A stretch of 64,000 bases of DNA from a virus (taxonomy: Duplodnaviria > Caudoviricetes). A program made the position numbers and the translations under genes. This document shows positions 15,093-24,933 of the stretch, piece after piece. A model generated the notes under the pieces. It was not told the origin of the DNA and searched no databases. It saw only the letters and a program-made list of their open reading frames with translations. Every line of letters begins with the position of its first letter. Position 1 is the stretch's first letter. The stretch covers positions 677 through 64,676 of IMG/VR virus record IMGVR_UViG_3300028591_000212; one strand, given 5' to 3'.

Positions 15093-15654
15093 TGTCGCAC
15101 ATACAGCAAGCCTTAATAGGTTTGTGGCAAACAGGACAGATTTGAGTTCTGTACTTGATTGCTTGAATTTCTACTTCTTGCTGGCAGTTGGGGCAATACT
15201 CAGTTACAGTCGGAAGAAGTAAGTTACTTAATACAATTACTTCTGCTGGGTGAGTATTTGCGTAGTTAATAGCCCATAAAGTAGCAGCTTTTTCCATAGC
15301 TAAACGGTGATAGATGAAGTATTTTGCTTTAACGGTTAAGTTAGTGTTTGGTACTTTTTCCATTAAGGTTTTGATAAATTCATCTCTATCTAATACCTCA
15401 TCATCAATAAAGTCTAAAGTATTGTAGTGTCCTAGCTCATGTAAAAAGGCTAAAACTTCAATAGGGGCGTTAATATAAAAGCCCAAAGACTTAGCGTATT
15501 TCATAAAAGGCTTTACGCTATTCTCTGCTAAAGTTCCTATATATATAGTTTCAGTAGAGTGGTCATAGCAAAAATCATCTTCGGGTTCACCCAATTCACA
15601 AGTACACTCAAAGTTATGAGATGCTAACCACTTGTTAATTTTCGTTATATTCAT
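15061..15654 (-). CDS. HExxH metallopeptidase-like protein with C-terminal Zn ribbon
   Basis: FLHELGHY...E..A; CPNC, CPVC and CCMC motifs. Confidence 0.7.
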   Translation of the reverse strand: MNITKINKWLASHNFECTCELGEPEDDFCYDHSTETIYIGTLAENSVKPFMKYAKSLGFYINAPIEVLAFLHELGHYNTLDFIDDEVLDRDEFIKTLMEKVPNTNLTVKAKYFIYHRLAMEKAATLWAINYANTHPAEVIVLSNLLLPTVTEYCPNCQQEVEIQAIKYRTQICPVCHKPIKACCMCDNDKEVCCEIL

Positions 15655-15726
15655 ATCCCTTTACCTCACTTTACAATATAATTATATCATAAAATAAAAT
15701 AATTGTCAATGAGTAGACTCTAGGGT

Positions 15727-15897
15727 ATACCTCAAATTTTGATACCTCAAAGTTTGATGCATCAACTTTTAATACCTCAAATTTTGAGGTATTAGATTAA
15801 GGGGTATACCTCAATTTTTAATACCTCAAATTTTGGGTATACCTCAACTTTTGAGGTATACTACCTCAAATTTTGATGTTTAATACCTCAAATTTTG
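15727..15897. repeat. iteron array, probable replication origin
   Basis: Nine copies of ~ATACCTCAAATTTTG (15727, 15742, 15757, 15772, 15806, 15821, 15839, 15861, 15883), two of them embedded in palindromes; AT-only tract at 15905-15935. Confidence 0.85.
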
Positions 15898-15949
15898 CGG
15901 CAGAAATATTATATATAATATAATTATAGTATATAGGATTTATTTCTCG

Positions 15950-16324
15950 CTAAAATTCGTATTCTATTACTACTTTAGGGGTGGGTTTTTCTTCTTTTTT
16001 TTCTATGGTATTCTCTACTGGTTTATCTAGGAAAATCCATCTATTTTGCTCTTGGACTAAATATCCTTTTTCAATTAAAGATTTAACGGCAGAACGATAC
16101 GTATTCTCTTGGCAATTAGCCCAAGCCATAAAATCCTTCTTGGAAAGCCCAAAAGCGTAACCATCTTGGTTACTTGCTAAATATATATAAAGTTTAAAAT
16201 CAGTAGCAGATAAATCTTTCGCCGCTATCTCCAAAGCCTCTGCATTCATCATACCATAGGCATGTTTCTTATCACAAGGTGATTTCATTATTTCTACTAA
16301 CTTTTGGTTAGGGTAAGTTTTCAT
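15950..16324 (-). CDS. winged-HTH protein, candidate replication initiator
   Basis: LSATDFKLYIYLAS...TYRSAVKSLIEKGYLVQ wHTH pattern; adjacent to the iterons. Confidence 0.7.
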   Translation of the reverse strand: MKTYPNQKLVEIMKSPCDKKHAYGMMNAEALEIAAKDLSATDFKLYIYLASNQDGYAFGLSKKDFMAWANCQENTYRSAVKSLIEKGYLVQEQNRWIFLDKPVENTIEKKEEKPTPKVVIEYEF

Positions 16325-16392
16325 ATAATAATATTATAATATATTTTTCTAATAAAAAAAACTTTTATCGGAAAAACCGATAAAAGTAAAGA

Positions 16393-16563
16393 CTAATCTA
16401 TTGCGTCTTTTGGACACATATTCAGACAGGCACAACAGTTTATACACATAGATGGCTCTATATAAACATGACCTTGCGAGTCACGTCGTATAGCATTGAG
16501 GTCGCAGACCGAAATGCAATTACCACACGAAGTGCATTTAGTAGTATCTATTAACATTATCAT
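16393..16563 (-). CDS. 2x[4Fe-4S] ferredoxin (56 aa)
   Basis: MIMLIDTTKCTSCGNCISVCDLNAI...CINCCACLNMCPKDAID, two CxxCxxCxxxC motifs; GAGGGG SD; below the ORF-track cutoff. Confidence 0.9.
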   Translation of the reverse strand: MIMLIDTTKCTSCGNCISVCDLNAIRRDSQGHVYIEPSMCINCCACLNMCPKDAID

Positions 16564-17369
16564 ATACCCCTCTTAGTTTTATAGAAAAGGGTATAGAAAT
16601 ACCCCCAAAATGCCCGTAGAATGAGCTGTAGTAAAGAAAAAAATGGTAAAATGAGTATATACTCATAAAATGGGATAAAAATGCTGTAGAAAGGCTAAAA
16701 ATGGGGTTTTAGCGTTTTTGGCTAGATTACGGTGGTAGAACGAGGCTAGGTCGGTACTTTTGGTGTAGTGGGTGTGGCCCTCGCCTCCACACCTGCTGGA
16801 CATGGTTGAGACCAAACGCTATTAACGCCCCTTAACCGCCTGGGCCCGAGCCACGCTCACTAGCCTCCAATGAACAAGCCTTGCTTGCTGAAAGAAAAAC
16901 CCCCGGCATTGATACCAGGGTTTCTCATAGGCCATCCTCTACGCACGCCTATTGTAAATTGGAAAAAATTGTGATATAATTATAATGGAAAGGAGGAAAA
17001 TATTTAAAAGTTATAAGGGGAATTATCCTGTCTATTGATATAGACAGTTTTTAGCGTGCGTGCCTCGTATATATATAATCCCTTCCCATTTTATTATACC
17101 ATAAAAATTTTTAAAAGTCAAATTTGACAGCAAACTTTTTTTATGATATAATAGAATTGTAAGGGTGGGAGGGAGGGTACAATAATTTTGTTAATTTAGG
17201 GGTAGACTCTACTTAGCAAACCTTGAATAAAAAAATCCGGGGTGCCATTTTATTTCCTGGGGGTTATTTTGCGCGCCCGGTGGCGCCCCGGCAAAGCTTC
17301 AAGGAACTTTTTGGATTTTCATTTGAAAATTTTCAAAGGAACACGCCAAAAATTCATTAAAAAACATCG

Positions 17370-17732
17370 CTATTTGCGATGTTTTGTTAAATTTATCGAG
17401 TAATTGGCGCCGTTTAGATTAAAATTGATAGTTTTTTCTGCGTTTTCTATCACTACTTCCTCTGCAACGCCCAGTAAAGCGGCGTAAATAGTGTTAATTA
17501 TAGCAGTTTTATCTGCGTCTGCTACTTTTTCTCTTGGTTTTCTCTCAGTTTTCTTGCGTTCTACCTTGAGTTTTGAGTTTTTACGCATTTCACGTTCTTC
17601 CTCAATAGATGGCTCCCAATCTGCCCTGCCACCCTTATCTATCAATTCATCGTCCTCTACCATCTTAATAGCATCGACTTTTGATATATTAAACAGACGC
17701 ATATACTTTGCTACTTTTTCATTTCTTTCCAT
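17370..17732 (-). CDS. early protein family B, copy 1
   Basis: Paralog of 20328..20699 (EDD..IDKG...WEP..EEE, Y...LTKHR). Confidence 0.85.
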   Translation of the reverse strand: MERNEKVAKYMRLFNISKVDAIKMVEDDELIDKGGRADWEPSIEEEREMRKNSKLKVERKKTERKPREKVADADKTAIINTIYAALLGVAEEVVIENAEKTINFNLNGANYSINLTKHRK

Positions 17733-17811
17733 ATCTTATTACCTCCACTTTACACACACGACTGGGGGACAGAGTCCTGCCCCCCTTAATATTCATCAGA
17801 TACCGAGTAGA

Positions 17812-18165
17812 CTAGGCTACAGTGTAGAAAGCCTTTCTCTTTTCAACAGTCTTTACAAGCTTGCCTGCATCAACAAGACCGTTCATGATTGGAGTAGCTT
17901 TCTGAGAGCTGATAGCGAAGTTGTCAGCTACATCCTTGATAGCAACCTTAGCACCTGCATTTGCTACGAAATCGTATACATCGTTAGCAAGAGCTTCGTT
18001 AGCAATCTGAGTCTTAGTTGGCTTACGAGTAGCGTTCTTTGCTCTCTCAGCTTTCTTGTCAAGCAGTTCAATCTCACGGTTGCAGAAAGCAACAACATCA
18101 GTGTTGTCTGCCATAGCAGTCTTAATCATCTCGAAGTAATCTCTTTTAGTAACCTTGTTAGCCAT
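17812..18165 (-). CDS. early protein family A, copy 1 (C-terminal wHTH)
   Basis: MANKVTK...EI.LL..KAERAKNA..KP.K.Q..NE...IKD....ISSQKATP.MN.LV..GKL.K.VEKR. Confidence 0.85.
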   Translation of the reverse strand: MANKVTKRDYFEMIKTAMADNTDVVAFCNREIELLDKKAERAKNATRKPTKTQIANEALANDVYDFVANAGAKVAIKDVADNFAISSQKATPIMNGLVDAGKLVKTVEKRKAFYTVA

Positions 18166-18638
18166 AATTCTTTTTTCCTCCTATTTATATGTTTAACGTA
18201 GTTGTGAAGGTCAGTTCCAGAATTTTTTATATCTTCCCTTACCTTACATATTTATTATATCATATTTTTTTGAAAATATCAATGAAAATTTTTTGAAAGT
18301 TTTTTCAGAGGCTAGCCACCTGCATTACCTCTTAGATATAATAGTGTAGGGCTTGTCTTTTTTATCCCTTCCCTTACCTTACATATTTATTATACTATAA
18401 ATTTTTGAAAAAATCAATGAAAATAATCTTGAAAATATTTTCAGGAAATCGACCGAGCCCTCCAAGCTAGCCTCGACCGCTGCTGGAAATGTGGAGACCA
18501 GTGACCGGCGCAACTCGGAGTTTTAGGAGCGCGACGAAAAGTCGCGAGGCCGCTAGAAGTAGCGAAAAAATCCTGCTGGACATGTGAAGGCGAAAAAACG
18601 GCGCAACCCCTGCGAGAACGCGCCGCCAATCCACGGAC

Positions 18639-18722
18639 CCAGGTGTGCCAAAATCATTTCCCAGCACACGAGTACAGGCGTGCCAAAAATATTTCCCAAC
18701 ACACAGAGTCAGGTGTGCCAAG
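18639..18722. repeat. ~35-bp tandem repeat, about 2.4 copies
   Basis: CAGGTGTGCCAAAATCATTTCCCAGCACACGAGTA / CAGGCGTGCCAAAAATATTTCCCAACACACAGAGT / CAGGTGTGCCAAG. Confidence 0.8.
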
Positions 18723-18765
18723 TCAGACCCAAATAAAAAGCACTGGTCTAGCCAGTGCCTTTACA

Positions 18766-19110
18766 CTATCCGATTGAATAGTGAGCCACACGCTTTTCAA
18801 CTGCCTTGATGAGTTTTCCCTCATCTACAAGAGCGTTAAGCAATGGGGTAGCCTTTTGTGAGGAGATATCGAATTTAGAAGCGATATCCTTAATCACTAC
18901 AGAGCCAACAGAGGCGATATAGTCGAGCATTTCTGCCTTTAAGCCCTCATTAGCGACCTGCACTTTAGAAGGCTTACGTGAGGCATTTTTAGCCCTCTCT
19001 GCCTTATTTGCAAGCAAGTCAATCTCATGATTGATGAAAGCGATTTCCTCAACATCAGTTAAGTGAGAAGCGATACGAGCGAACATTTCAGATTTAGTCA
19101 TTTTAGCCAT
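18766..19110 (-). CDS. early protein family A, copy 2
   Basis: Alignable over full length with 17812..18165. Confidence 0.85.
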   Translation of the reverse strand: MAKMTKSEMFARIASHLTDVEEIAFINHEIDLLANKAERAKNASRKPSKVQVANEGLKAEMLDYIASVGSVVIKDIASKFDISSQKATPLLNALVDEGKLIKAVEKRVAHYSIG

Positions 19111-19393
19111 AAATTTTTTACCTTACCTTTCTGTATATATTATAGCACATGATTTGAATATGGGTTGTCCGTTTTTTTGGACACCTTTTTTCAAAGAGCC
19201 ATAAGGGTTCAAGGTCTTACCTATCCCCCTTACATTATTTATTATACATCATGAAAATTTTCATGCACATGAAAGTGTTTTCAGAAAGCGTTTTCATAGC
19301 CTTTTTTATTTCCCAGAAAATATTTCCTATTTCCCTAGATATTGCCTGGGAAATTTGGGAAATAAACTTTTTTAATTTTTTTCGCAAAAACCC

Positions 19394-19457
19394 TTGACAA
19401 AAATGCGTGAAGGTGGTATAATGGTAATTTCGCGGCGTGGCATCCGCCTGCGCCGCG
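19394..19457 (+). promoter_or_regulatory. rightward sigma70-type promoter plus GC hairpin element (1 of >=7)
   Basis: TTGACA-N17-TATAAT then CGCGGCG...CGCCGCG; similar elements at 20239, 21547, 22828, 24257, 25227 and 27953. Confidence 0.7.
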
Positions 19458-19518
19458 TCAATTTTGTCAAGTACTTTTTTAGGCATAAAAAAAGGTACCC
19501 GTGCGGGTACCAGTACCA

Positions 19519-19866
19519 CTAGGCAACTGTGTAGATTGCCTTGCGCTTTTCAACTCTCTTGGCAAGTTTGCCGTCATCTACAAGCGCATTCATAAGTGGA
19601 GTTGCTTTCTGTGAAGTAATGTCAAACTTTTCAACAACGTCCTTGATGTAAGTATCGCCGTTAGTAGCAACGAAGTTAGCAATTTCAGACTTTAAAGTTT
19701 CGTTTTCAATCTGAACCTTTGAAGGTTTCTTTGTTGCGTTCTTGGCTCTCTCGGCCTTGTTAGCAAGTAATTCAATTTCGTGATTGATGAAGTTGATTTC
19801 ATCTACATCTGTAAGATGAGAAGCAATCTGTTTGAACATTTCGGATTTAGTGATTTTGTTAGCCAT
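19519..19866 (-). CDS. early protein family A, copy 3
   Basis: Alignable over full length with copies 1, 2 and 4. Confidence 0.85.
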   Translation of the reverse strand: MANKITKSEMFKQIASHLTDVDEINFINHEIELLANKAERAKNATKKPSKVQIENETLKSEIANFVATNGDTYIKDVVEKFDITSQKATPLMNALVDDGKLAKRVEKRKAIYTVA

Positions 19867-20327
19867 AATTTTTTTACCTTTTTTAACCTTTCTTTCTTTA
19901 CATTTATATTGTATCAGATTTTTTATTATCTGTCAATACCTTTTTTAATTTTTTTTGTAAGATTTTTTTTATATCCCTTTCCTTATCTTACATATTTATT
20001 TTATCATACTTTTTTAAATGTGTCAAGAGATTTTATAAACTTTTTTTATTTTTTAGTTTATAACCTTAAGCGTCCTCAAGTGATTTCAGGGTGGTGCCAA
20101 ATGGATTGTTCAGCCCGAACTCTTCATCTCTTGACATTATTATTATAGCATATCTAAAATATAAGTCAAGCATTTTTAGGAAAATTTTTAAATGTGTACA
20201 AAAAAAGCGCCACCCTTCAAAAAATTAGCCAGTGCCCCTTGACAAAAAAATCGCGTTGTGCCAGCCGAGCACAACGCGCCCGGTTTGTCAAGTATTTTTT
20301 TAAAAATAAAAAAAAGCACCGGTGCCC

Positions 20328-20699
20328 TTAGGCTTTCGGTGCCCTGTGTTTAGTGAGTTTAAGCGAGTACTCGCACCCGTTGAGGATAAAGTCCACTTGA
20401 CCTTCGGCTTTGGGTACTTGTATATTTTCGCAAGTGCCCTCAAGTGCTTTTTCAATCAAGTTGATTACAAGTACCTTGTCTTTGTCAAGTACCTTTTCTT
20501 TTTTCACTCTTGGTTTGCGTTCTCTATCCACTTTTAATTTTGTGGCTTTGCGTTGTGCCTTTTCTTCTTCAAGTGTCGGCTCCCACTCGCAACGCTCACC
20601 CTTATCAATTTTTTTATCATCTTCAAGTGCCTTTGCAATTTCATCTTCGCTCATGCCTAATTTTCGCATAGCGTTTTTTCTTTTTTCAAGTTCATTCAT
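20328..20699 (-). CDS. early protein family B, copy 2
   Basis: Paralog of 17370..17732. Confidence 0.85.
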   Translation of the reverse strand: MNELEKRKNAMRKLGMSEDEIAKALEDDKKIDKGERCEWEPTLEEEKAQRKATKLKVDRERKPRVKKEKVLDKDKVLVINLIEKALEGTCENIQVPKAEGQVDFILNGCEYSLKLTKHRAPKA

Positions 20700-20756
20700 A
20701 CAAGTACCTCTTTTCTATTTAGAGGGTAGGTTTTTTTCCTACCCTCTTTTATTATA

Positions 20757-21101
20757 CTACATCAAAGAATATTTTGCAACTCTTTTTTCAACGACTTTGT
20801 TAAGTTTACCATCTTCAACAAGTGCGTTCATAAGTGGTGTAGCCTTTTGAGATGAAATTTCAAATTTTGCGGATACATCTTTTATAGTTGCGTTGTCAAC
20901 AGTAGCCATAAAATCTAGGATTTCGGATTTCAAATTTTCATTTGCGACTTGAACCTTTGAAGGCTTTCTAGTAGCATTTTTTGCTCTTTCGGACTTTCTA
21001 TCAAGTAAAGCGATTTCGTTATTGATGAAATTAATTTCATCAACATCAGTTAAGCGAGCAACAATTCTTTCAAACATTTCTTTCTTAGTAATTTTAGCCA
21101 T
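20757..21101 (-). CDS. early protein family A, copy 4
   Basis: Alignable over full length with copies 1-3. Confidence 0.85.
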   Translation of the reverse strand: MAKITKKEMFERIVARLTDVDEINFINNEIALLDRKSERAKNATRKPSKVQVANENLKSEILDFMATVDNATIKDVSAKFEISSQKATPLMNALVEDGKLNKVVEKRVAKYSLM

Positions 21102-21688
21102 AATTTTTTTTTACCTTATTTAACCTTTCTTTGTAATTTTATTATACAACTTTTTGTGTAAGTTGTCAACACCTTTTTTTAATTTTCTTCTTTGAATGTG
21201 AAGTTTAAGACCTCACATTCATCAGTAACGATTGTTACATCACAAGCAACAACATCATCGCCACTTACATATTCTAATTCATCAAGTACTAATTTTACAA
21301 ATTCATTTTTAGTCATTTTATTTACCTCTTTCTTTTTACACCTTAATTATAACTCTTGTTTTTTTATTTGTCAATACTTTTTTTTAATTTTTTTAACTTT
21401 TTTTTGGTGTCCTTTCTATCTCTTTACATTATTATAATATCATATCCTTATTTTATTGTCAATATGAAAATGATGAAAATTTAATGAAAATGTTTTCACG
21501 AGTTTTAGGATTTTAATAAAAAAAGTTAAAAAAGCTCAAAAAACTCTTGACATTGCGTGGGTACTTGTGGTATAATTTTCGCCGCCAGGCACCCGTGAAC
21601 GCAAAAAATTTTTTAAAAAAAATAAAAAAAGTGTTGACAAACAACACCAAAAATGATATTATTATAGTGTAGAAAAGAGGTAAAAAGA

Positions 21689-21997
21689 ATGATTTATTTA
21701 GTAAGTGAAAAAAAACAACGTACAATTAAGATTGGTTACACCGACAACCCAGCAAAACGAATTAGCGAATATAAGACTTACAATCCTTCTATTCAGTTCA
21801 TAAGTTGGAAAGAAGGTGACAAATCCGAAGAAAAAAAGTGGCAGTTTTGGTTAGAGTTCATCGGTTGTGAAAAGGCAGATGAAGAATATAACACAGAGTG
21901 GTATATAATGCCTAACACGATTGATAAGAACAAATTAAGAGCCGAGGGCTTCGAGTACCTCGTAACCATACCGCCAGTAACAATGGGTACTCGTTAG
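21689..21997 (+). CDS. GIY-YIG superfamily (T5orf172/MUG113-like) protein
   Basis: MIYLVS...IKIGYTDNPAKRISEY.TYNP...TEWY; own rightward promoter and GAGG SD. Confidence 0.75.
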   Translation: MIYLVSEKKQRTIKIGYTDNPAKRISEYKTYNPSIQFISWKEGDKSEEKKWQFWLEFIGCEKADEEYNTEWYIMPNTIDKNKLRAEGFEYLVTIPPVTMGTR

Positions 21998-22190
21998 AGT
22001 TCTAGCGAGTACCGGTACCGGCTTTTAGGACACCGGTACCGGTACCAGTATCACCAGTACCCGAAGAAAAAAATTGGCACCGGTACCAGTACCCAAAATT
22101 CGGGCCGTCGCCTGCGACACCGGCCCGCCGGTACCCAAAAATAGATACCGGTACTTGAGGTTTGGGCACCGGTCTATTCACCGGTATCCA
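21985..22190. repeat. cluster of GTAC/ACCGGT palindromic motifs
   Basis: 10 GTAC in 21987-22154 and 7 ACCGGT in 22011-22185. Confidence 0.85.
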
Positions 22191-22512
22191 TTACCTCATT
22201 TTTATAAAAGTCAAGTACCTTTTTAGTTTGTTTCATAATTTTAGAACCAAAACTTTCCATAAAATCACAAACATTTTCTTCATTGAAATTTTCAAATTGC
22301 ATTAGACCATAAGACCAAATGTATGCGTGAGTTAACTCGTGAGCAATTGTTCTTTTCATTAAGTCAAGTGGCAAATTGTTATTTATGAAGATGTGACATT
22401 TAGTTCTATAAGTGATACCACAAACTTGTTCAGTACCCTCACAATCTAAAGTTGAAGAGTCTTGTTCAACCCAATCAATATTCCAATGTAAGTTATTAAT
22501 TAATAATTCCAT
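22174..22512 (-). CDS. HExxH zincin-like metallopeptidase, paralog 2
   Basis: VCGIT...TIAHELTHAYIWSYGL.QFENFNEENVCD, close to 13475..13804. Confidence 0.82.
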   Translation of the reverse strand: MELLINNLHWNIDWVEQDSSTLDCEGTEQVCGITYRTKCHIFINNNLPLDLMKRTIAHELTHAYIWSYGLMQFENFNEENVCDFMESFGSKIMKQTKKVLDFYKNEVMDTGE

Positions 22513-22919
22513 ATTTTTATTACCTCTCTTTACATTATTATAATATCATAGTTTGATGAAATTGTCAACTATATTTTAACAACTTCATCAAATTTTTCGT
22601 CATTTGTATTTCTTGCATAATTCTTAATCACAGTGATAATAATTCTAGCAAGGATAGACGGAAGAAAGCAACACACAACCTCACACACAAGGATTATTAC
22701 TTCTCTTTTGGTCATCTTCATTTCCGTTTACCTCCCTTTCTTTTTACACCTTTATTATAGCACCTATAAAGCGAATGTCAAGCCTTTTTGGGAAAATCAC
22801 ATAATTTCACATAATTTAAAAAAACACTTGACAAAATCTGGTACTTGTGGTATAATGCGAAAACGCGCCTCAACTGCAGTCCCCGGCGCGCGAAAAAAGG
22901 CACACCCATCTCCATGTGC

Positions 22920-23087
22920 CTAGTAGGTATCTAATCCTAGTATTTCGCCCTCTTCAGGTGTGAGAGTGTCAATCCATTTTGGTTTTTCAAAATTCCTTTT
23001 AGCAATGTCAAGTGCCTCTTTTAAAGTGTCAACCTCAACAAGAAATTCTTCACCAGTAACTTCATCATAGAATAAGTAATCGTTCAT
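22920..23087 (-). CDS. small hypothetical protein (55 aa)
   Basis: MNDYLFYDEVTGEEFLVE...LGLDTY behind the standard promoter/GAGAGGT leader. Confidence 0.65.
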   Translation of the reverse strand: MNDYLFYDEVTGEEFLVEVDTLKEALDIAKRNFEKPKWIDTLTPEEGEILGLDTY

Positions 23088-23388
23088 TTTTTATACCTCT
23101 CTTTACATTATTATAATAACATAAAAATAATTATTTGTCAATAGAAAAAAGCAACTTTTTTAAAAAGTTGCTTTTTCGGAAAAAAGATACGTTAAACATT
23201 TTGTAAGGTTTTTTATTTTTCCTTACATATATATTATAATAAATTTTTTTTATAAATGGAGTACCCTCGCACATACCCCAAATAAAAAGGCAATTCTTAA
23301 CGAATTGCCAAAGAGAGGGGTAATAAGTAAGCCTATTTCATCTTACATTTATATTATACAATATTTTTTATGTATTGTCAATACTTTT

Positions 23389-23739
23389 TTAATTTTTTTC
23401 GTTTATTAATTCTAATAATTCAGTATTTTCTTTAAGTGCATTTTTAACTTCTTTTGTTAATTTGCGTTTATATTCTTTAACTCGTTCATCAATTTTTTCA
23501 AGGGTTTCTTTATTGTTTTTAATTTCCTTTTTTAAATATGAGATAATCTCGTTTTTATCAATTTCATGCCAACTATCGCAAAAATGAGCGTCCCAGCTTT
23601 CTTCATATTCAAAGGCTTTTGGCCATTTGTTGTCTTTGAAATAAAAAACTCCTAAACTACCAAGACGTATTGCGTCTTCTTCTTCCCAAATAATTCCATT
23701 ATCTTTTATTAAATCGTTATAAGATTTTACAATTAACAT
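23389..23739 (-). CDS. hypothetical protein, coiled-coil C-terminus
   Basis: 116-aa ORF, AGAGGT SD. Confidence 0.75.
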   Translation of the reverse strand: MLIVKSYNDLIKDNGIIWEEEDAIRLGSLGVFYFKDNKWPKAFEYEESWDAHFCDSWHEIDKNEIISYLKKEIKNNKETLEKIDERVKEYKRKLTKEVKNALKENTELLELINEKN

Positions 23740-24346
23740 TTTATTACCTCTTTTCTATATTTATTATAACATAGACTTATTCGCAAGTCAAGTCTTTTTT
23801 GTGTTTTGGCTTGCGATTATAAGCCTTTTTGTTCTTTTGGTAGCCTGCACCATTGTATCTCCAAGTTTCAGGAATCCAAGTATCACGAGTTGATTTTTTC
23901 TTTTTAGCCATTTTGTTTACCTCTCTTTACAATATTATAATATCATAATATTTTTATCTTGTCAAGTATTTTTTAAAAAATTTTTTATTCTACAACAGAG
24001 AACCCGTCAGGTTCTACGATGTAGAAATCATCATCGCCATTAACGAATGCACGGCATTCATCAAGCGAACCAACAAATACTTCAACAGCGTCCATTACAC
24101 ATTCATCATATATCATTACAGCAAACATTTTACTTACCTCTTTCTTTCTATACTTAAATTATAAGCCCAAACCATATTTTATGTCAAGCGTTTTTAGGAA
24201 GATTTTTTAACCTGTCCGGTTTTTTGTACACCTTTAAAAAAATGCGTAAATAGTACTTGACAAAAATTTCGCGCCGTGTGAACTGACCACGGCGCACCGA
24301 ATTTGTCAAGTGTTTTTTTAAAAATAAAAAAAAGGCAAGTAGCCTT

Positions 24347-24598
24347 TTATTTATCAAACTCAATATTACAACTATCTTCAAAATAAAGTATAGCCTCTAA
24401 TGTATTACTTAACCCTCGTACATCATCATCATTTAAAAGGTCATCAGCATAATCATAAGTAACATACAAAGAAGCCTTATATTGTTCTAATTCATCAGCC
24501 AATTTATTTAAAATTGACATAACTCTTTTAATAGCCATTTCATCTTCTTTATCTAATTCAACATTCATTTCAATTTTACGTTCAACTTTTACTTCCAT
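24347..24598 (-). CDS. hypothetical protein (family shared with 27369..27623)
   Basis: 83-aa ORF, AGAGGT SD. Confidence 0.75.
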   Translation of the reverse strand: MEVKVERKIEMNVELDKEDEMAIKRVMSILNKLADELEQYKASLYVTYDYADDLLNDDDVRGLSNTLEAILYFEDSCNIEFDK

Positions 24599-24661
24599 TT
24601 TATTTTACCTCTCTTTACATAATTATAATATCATAGTACTTGATTTTTGTCAAGTATTTTT

Positions 24662-24901
24662 TTACCAATTACCGCAACCCGAGCAATCTTCACACATAAT
24701 AATTTTTACTCTTCTATCGTTTGCGATTTCTTTTAATGTTGGTGAATAATACTTTAATTCTTTTGGAGCGCTCTCTCCATAATCATAGAAATTATCACCG
24801 ATACTACAACAATTTACGCATACATATTGACCATTTTCAGTTCTATAATTTTCTATTTTGTTTTTAATTAAGTATTTTTCAATATCTTTTAATTTTCTCA
24901 T
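24662..24901 (-). CDS. hypothetical protein with Cys clusters
   Basis: Start MRKLKDIEK at 24901 behind a GAGGT SD. Confidence 0.7.
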   Translation of the reverse strand: MRKLKDIEKYLIKNKIENYRTENGQYVCVNCCSIGDNFYDYGESAPKELKYYSPTLKEIANDRRVKIIMCEDCSGCGNW

Positions 24902-24933
24902 TTTTTTACCTCTATTATATTGTAGCACAACGC

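Noticed and set aside
15727-15897. CRISPR array
   Set aside because: Repeats are 15 bp and mostly abutting, with no unique spacers and no cas genes. The 35-bp repeat at 18639 is likewise tandem without spacers.
17491-18721. ORFs 17491..18201 (+), 18441..18629 (-) and 18467..18721 (-)
   Set aside because: The first is the antisense shadow of two real paralog genes. The others lie in the GC-rich repeat island with no SD or phage-like codon usage.
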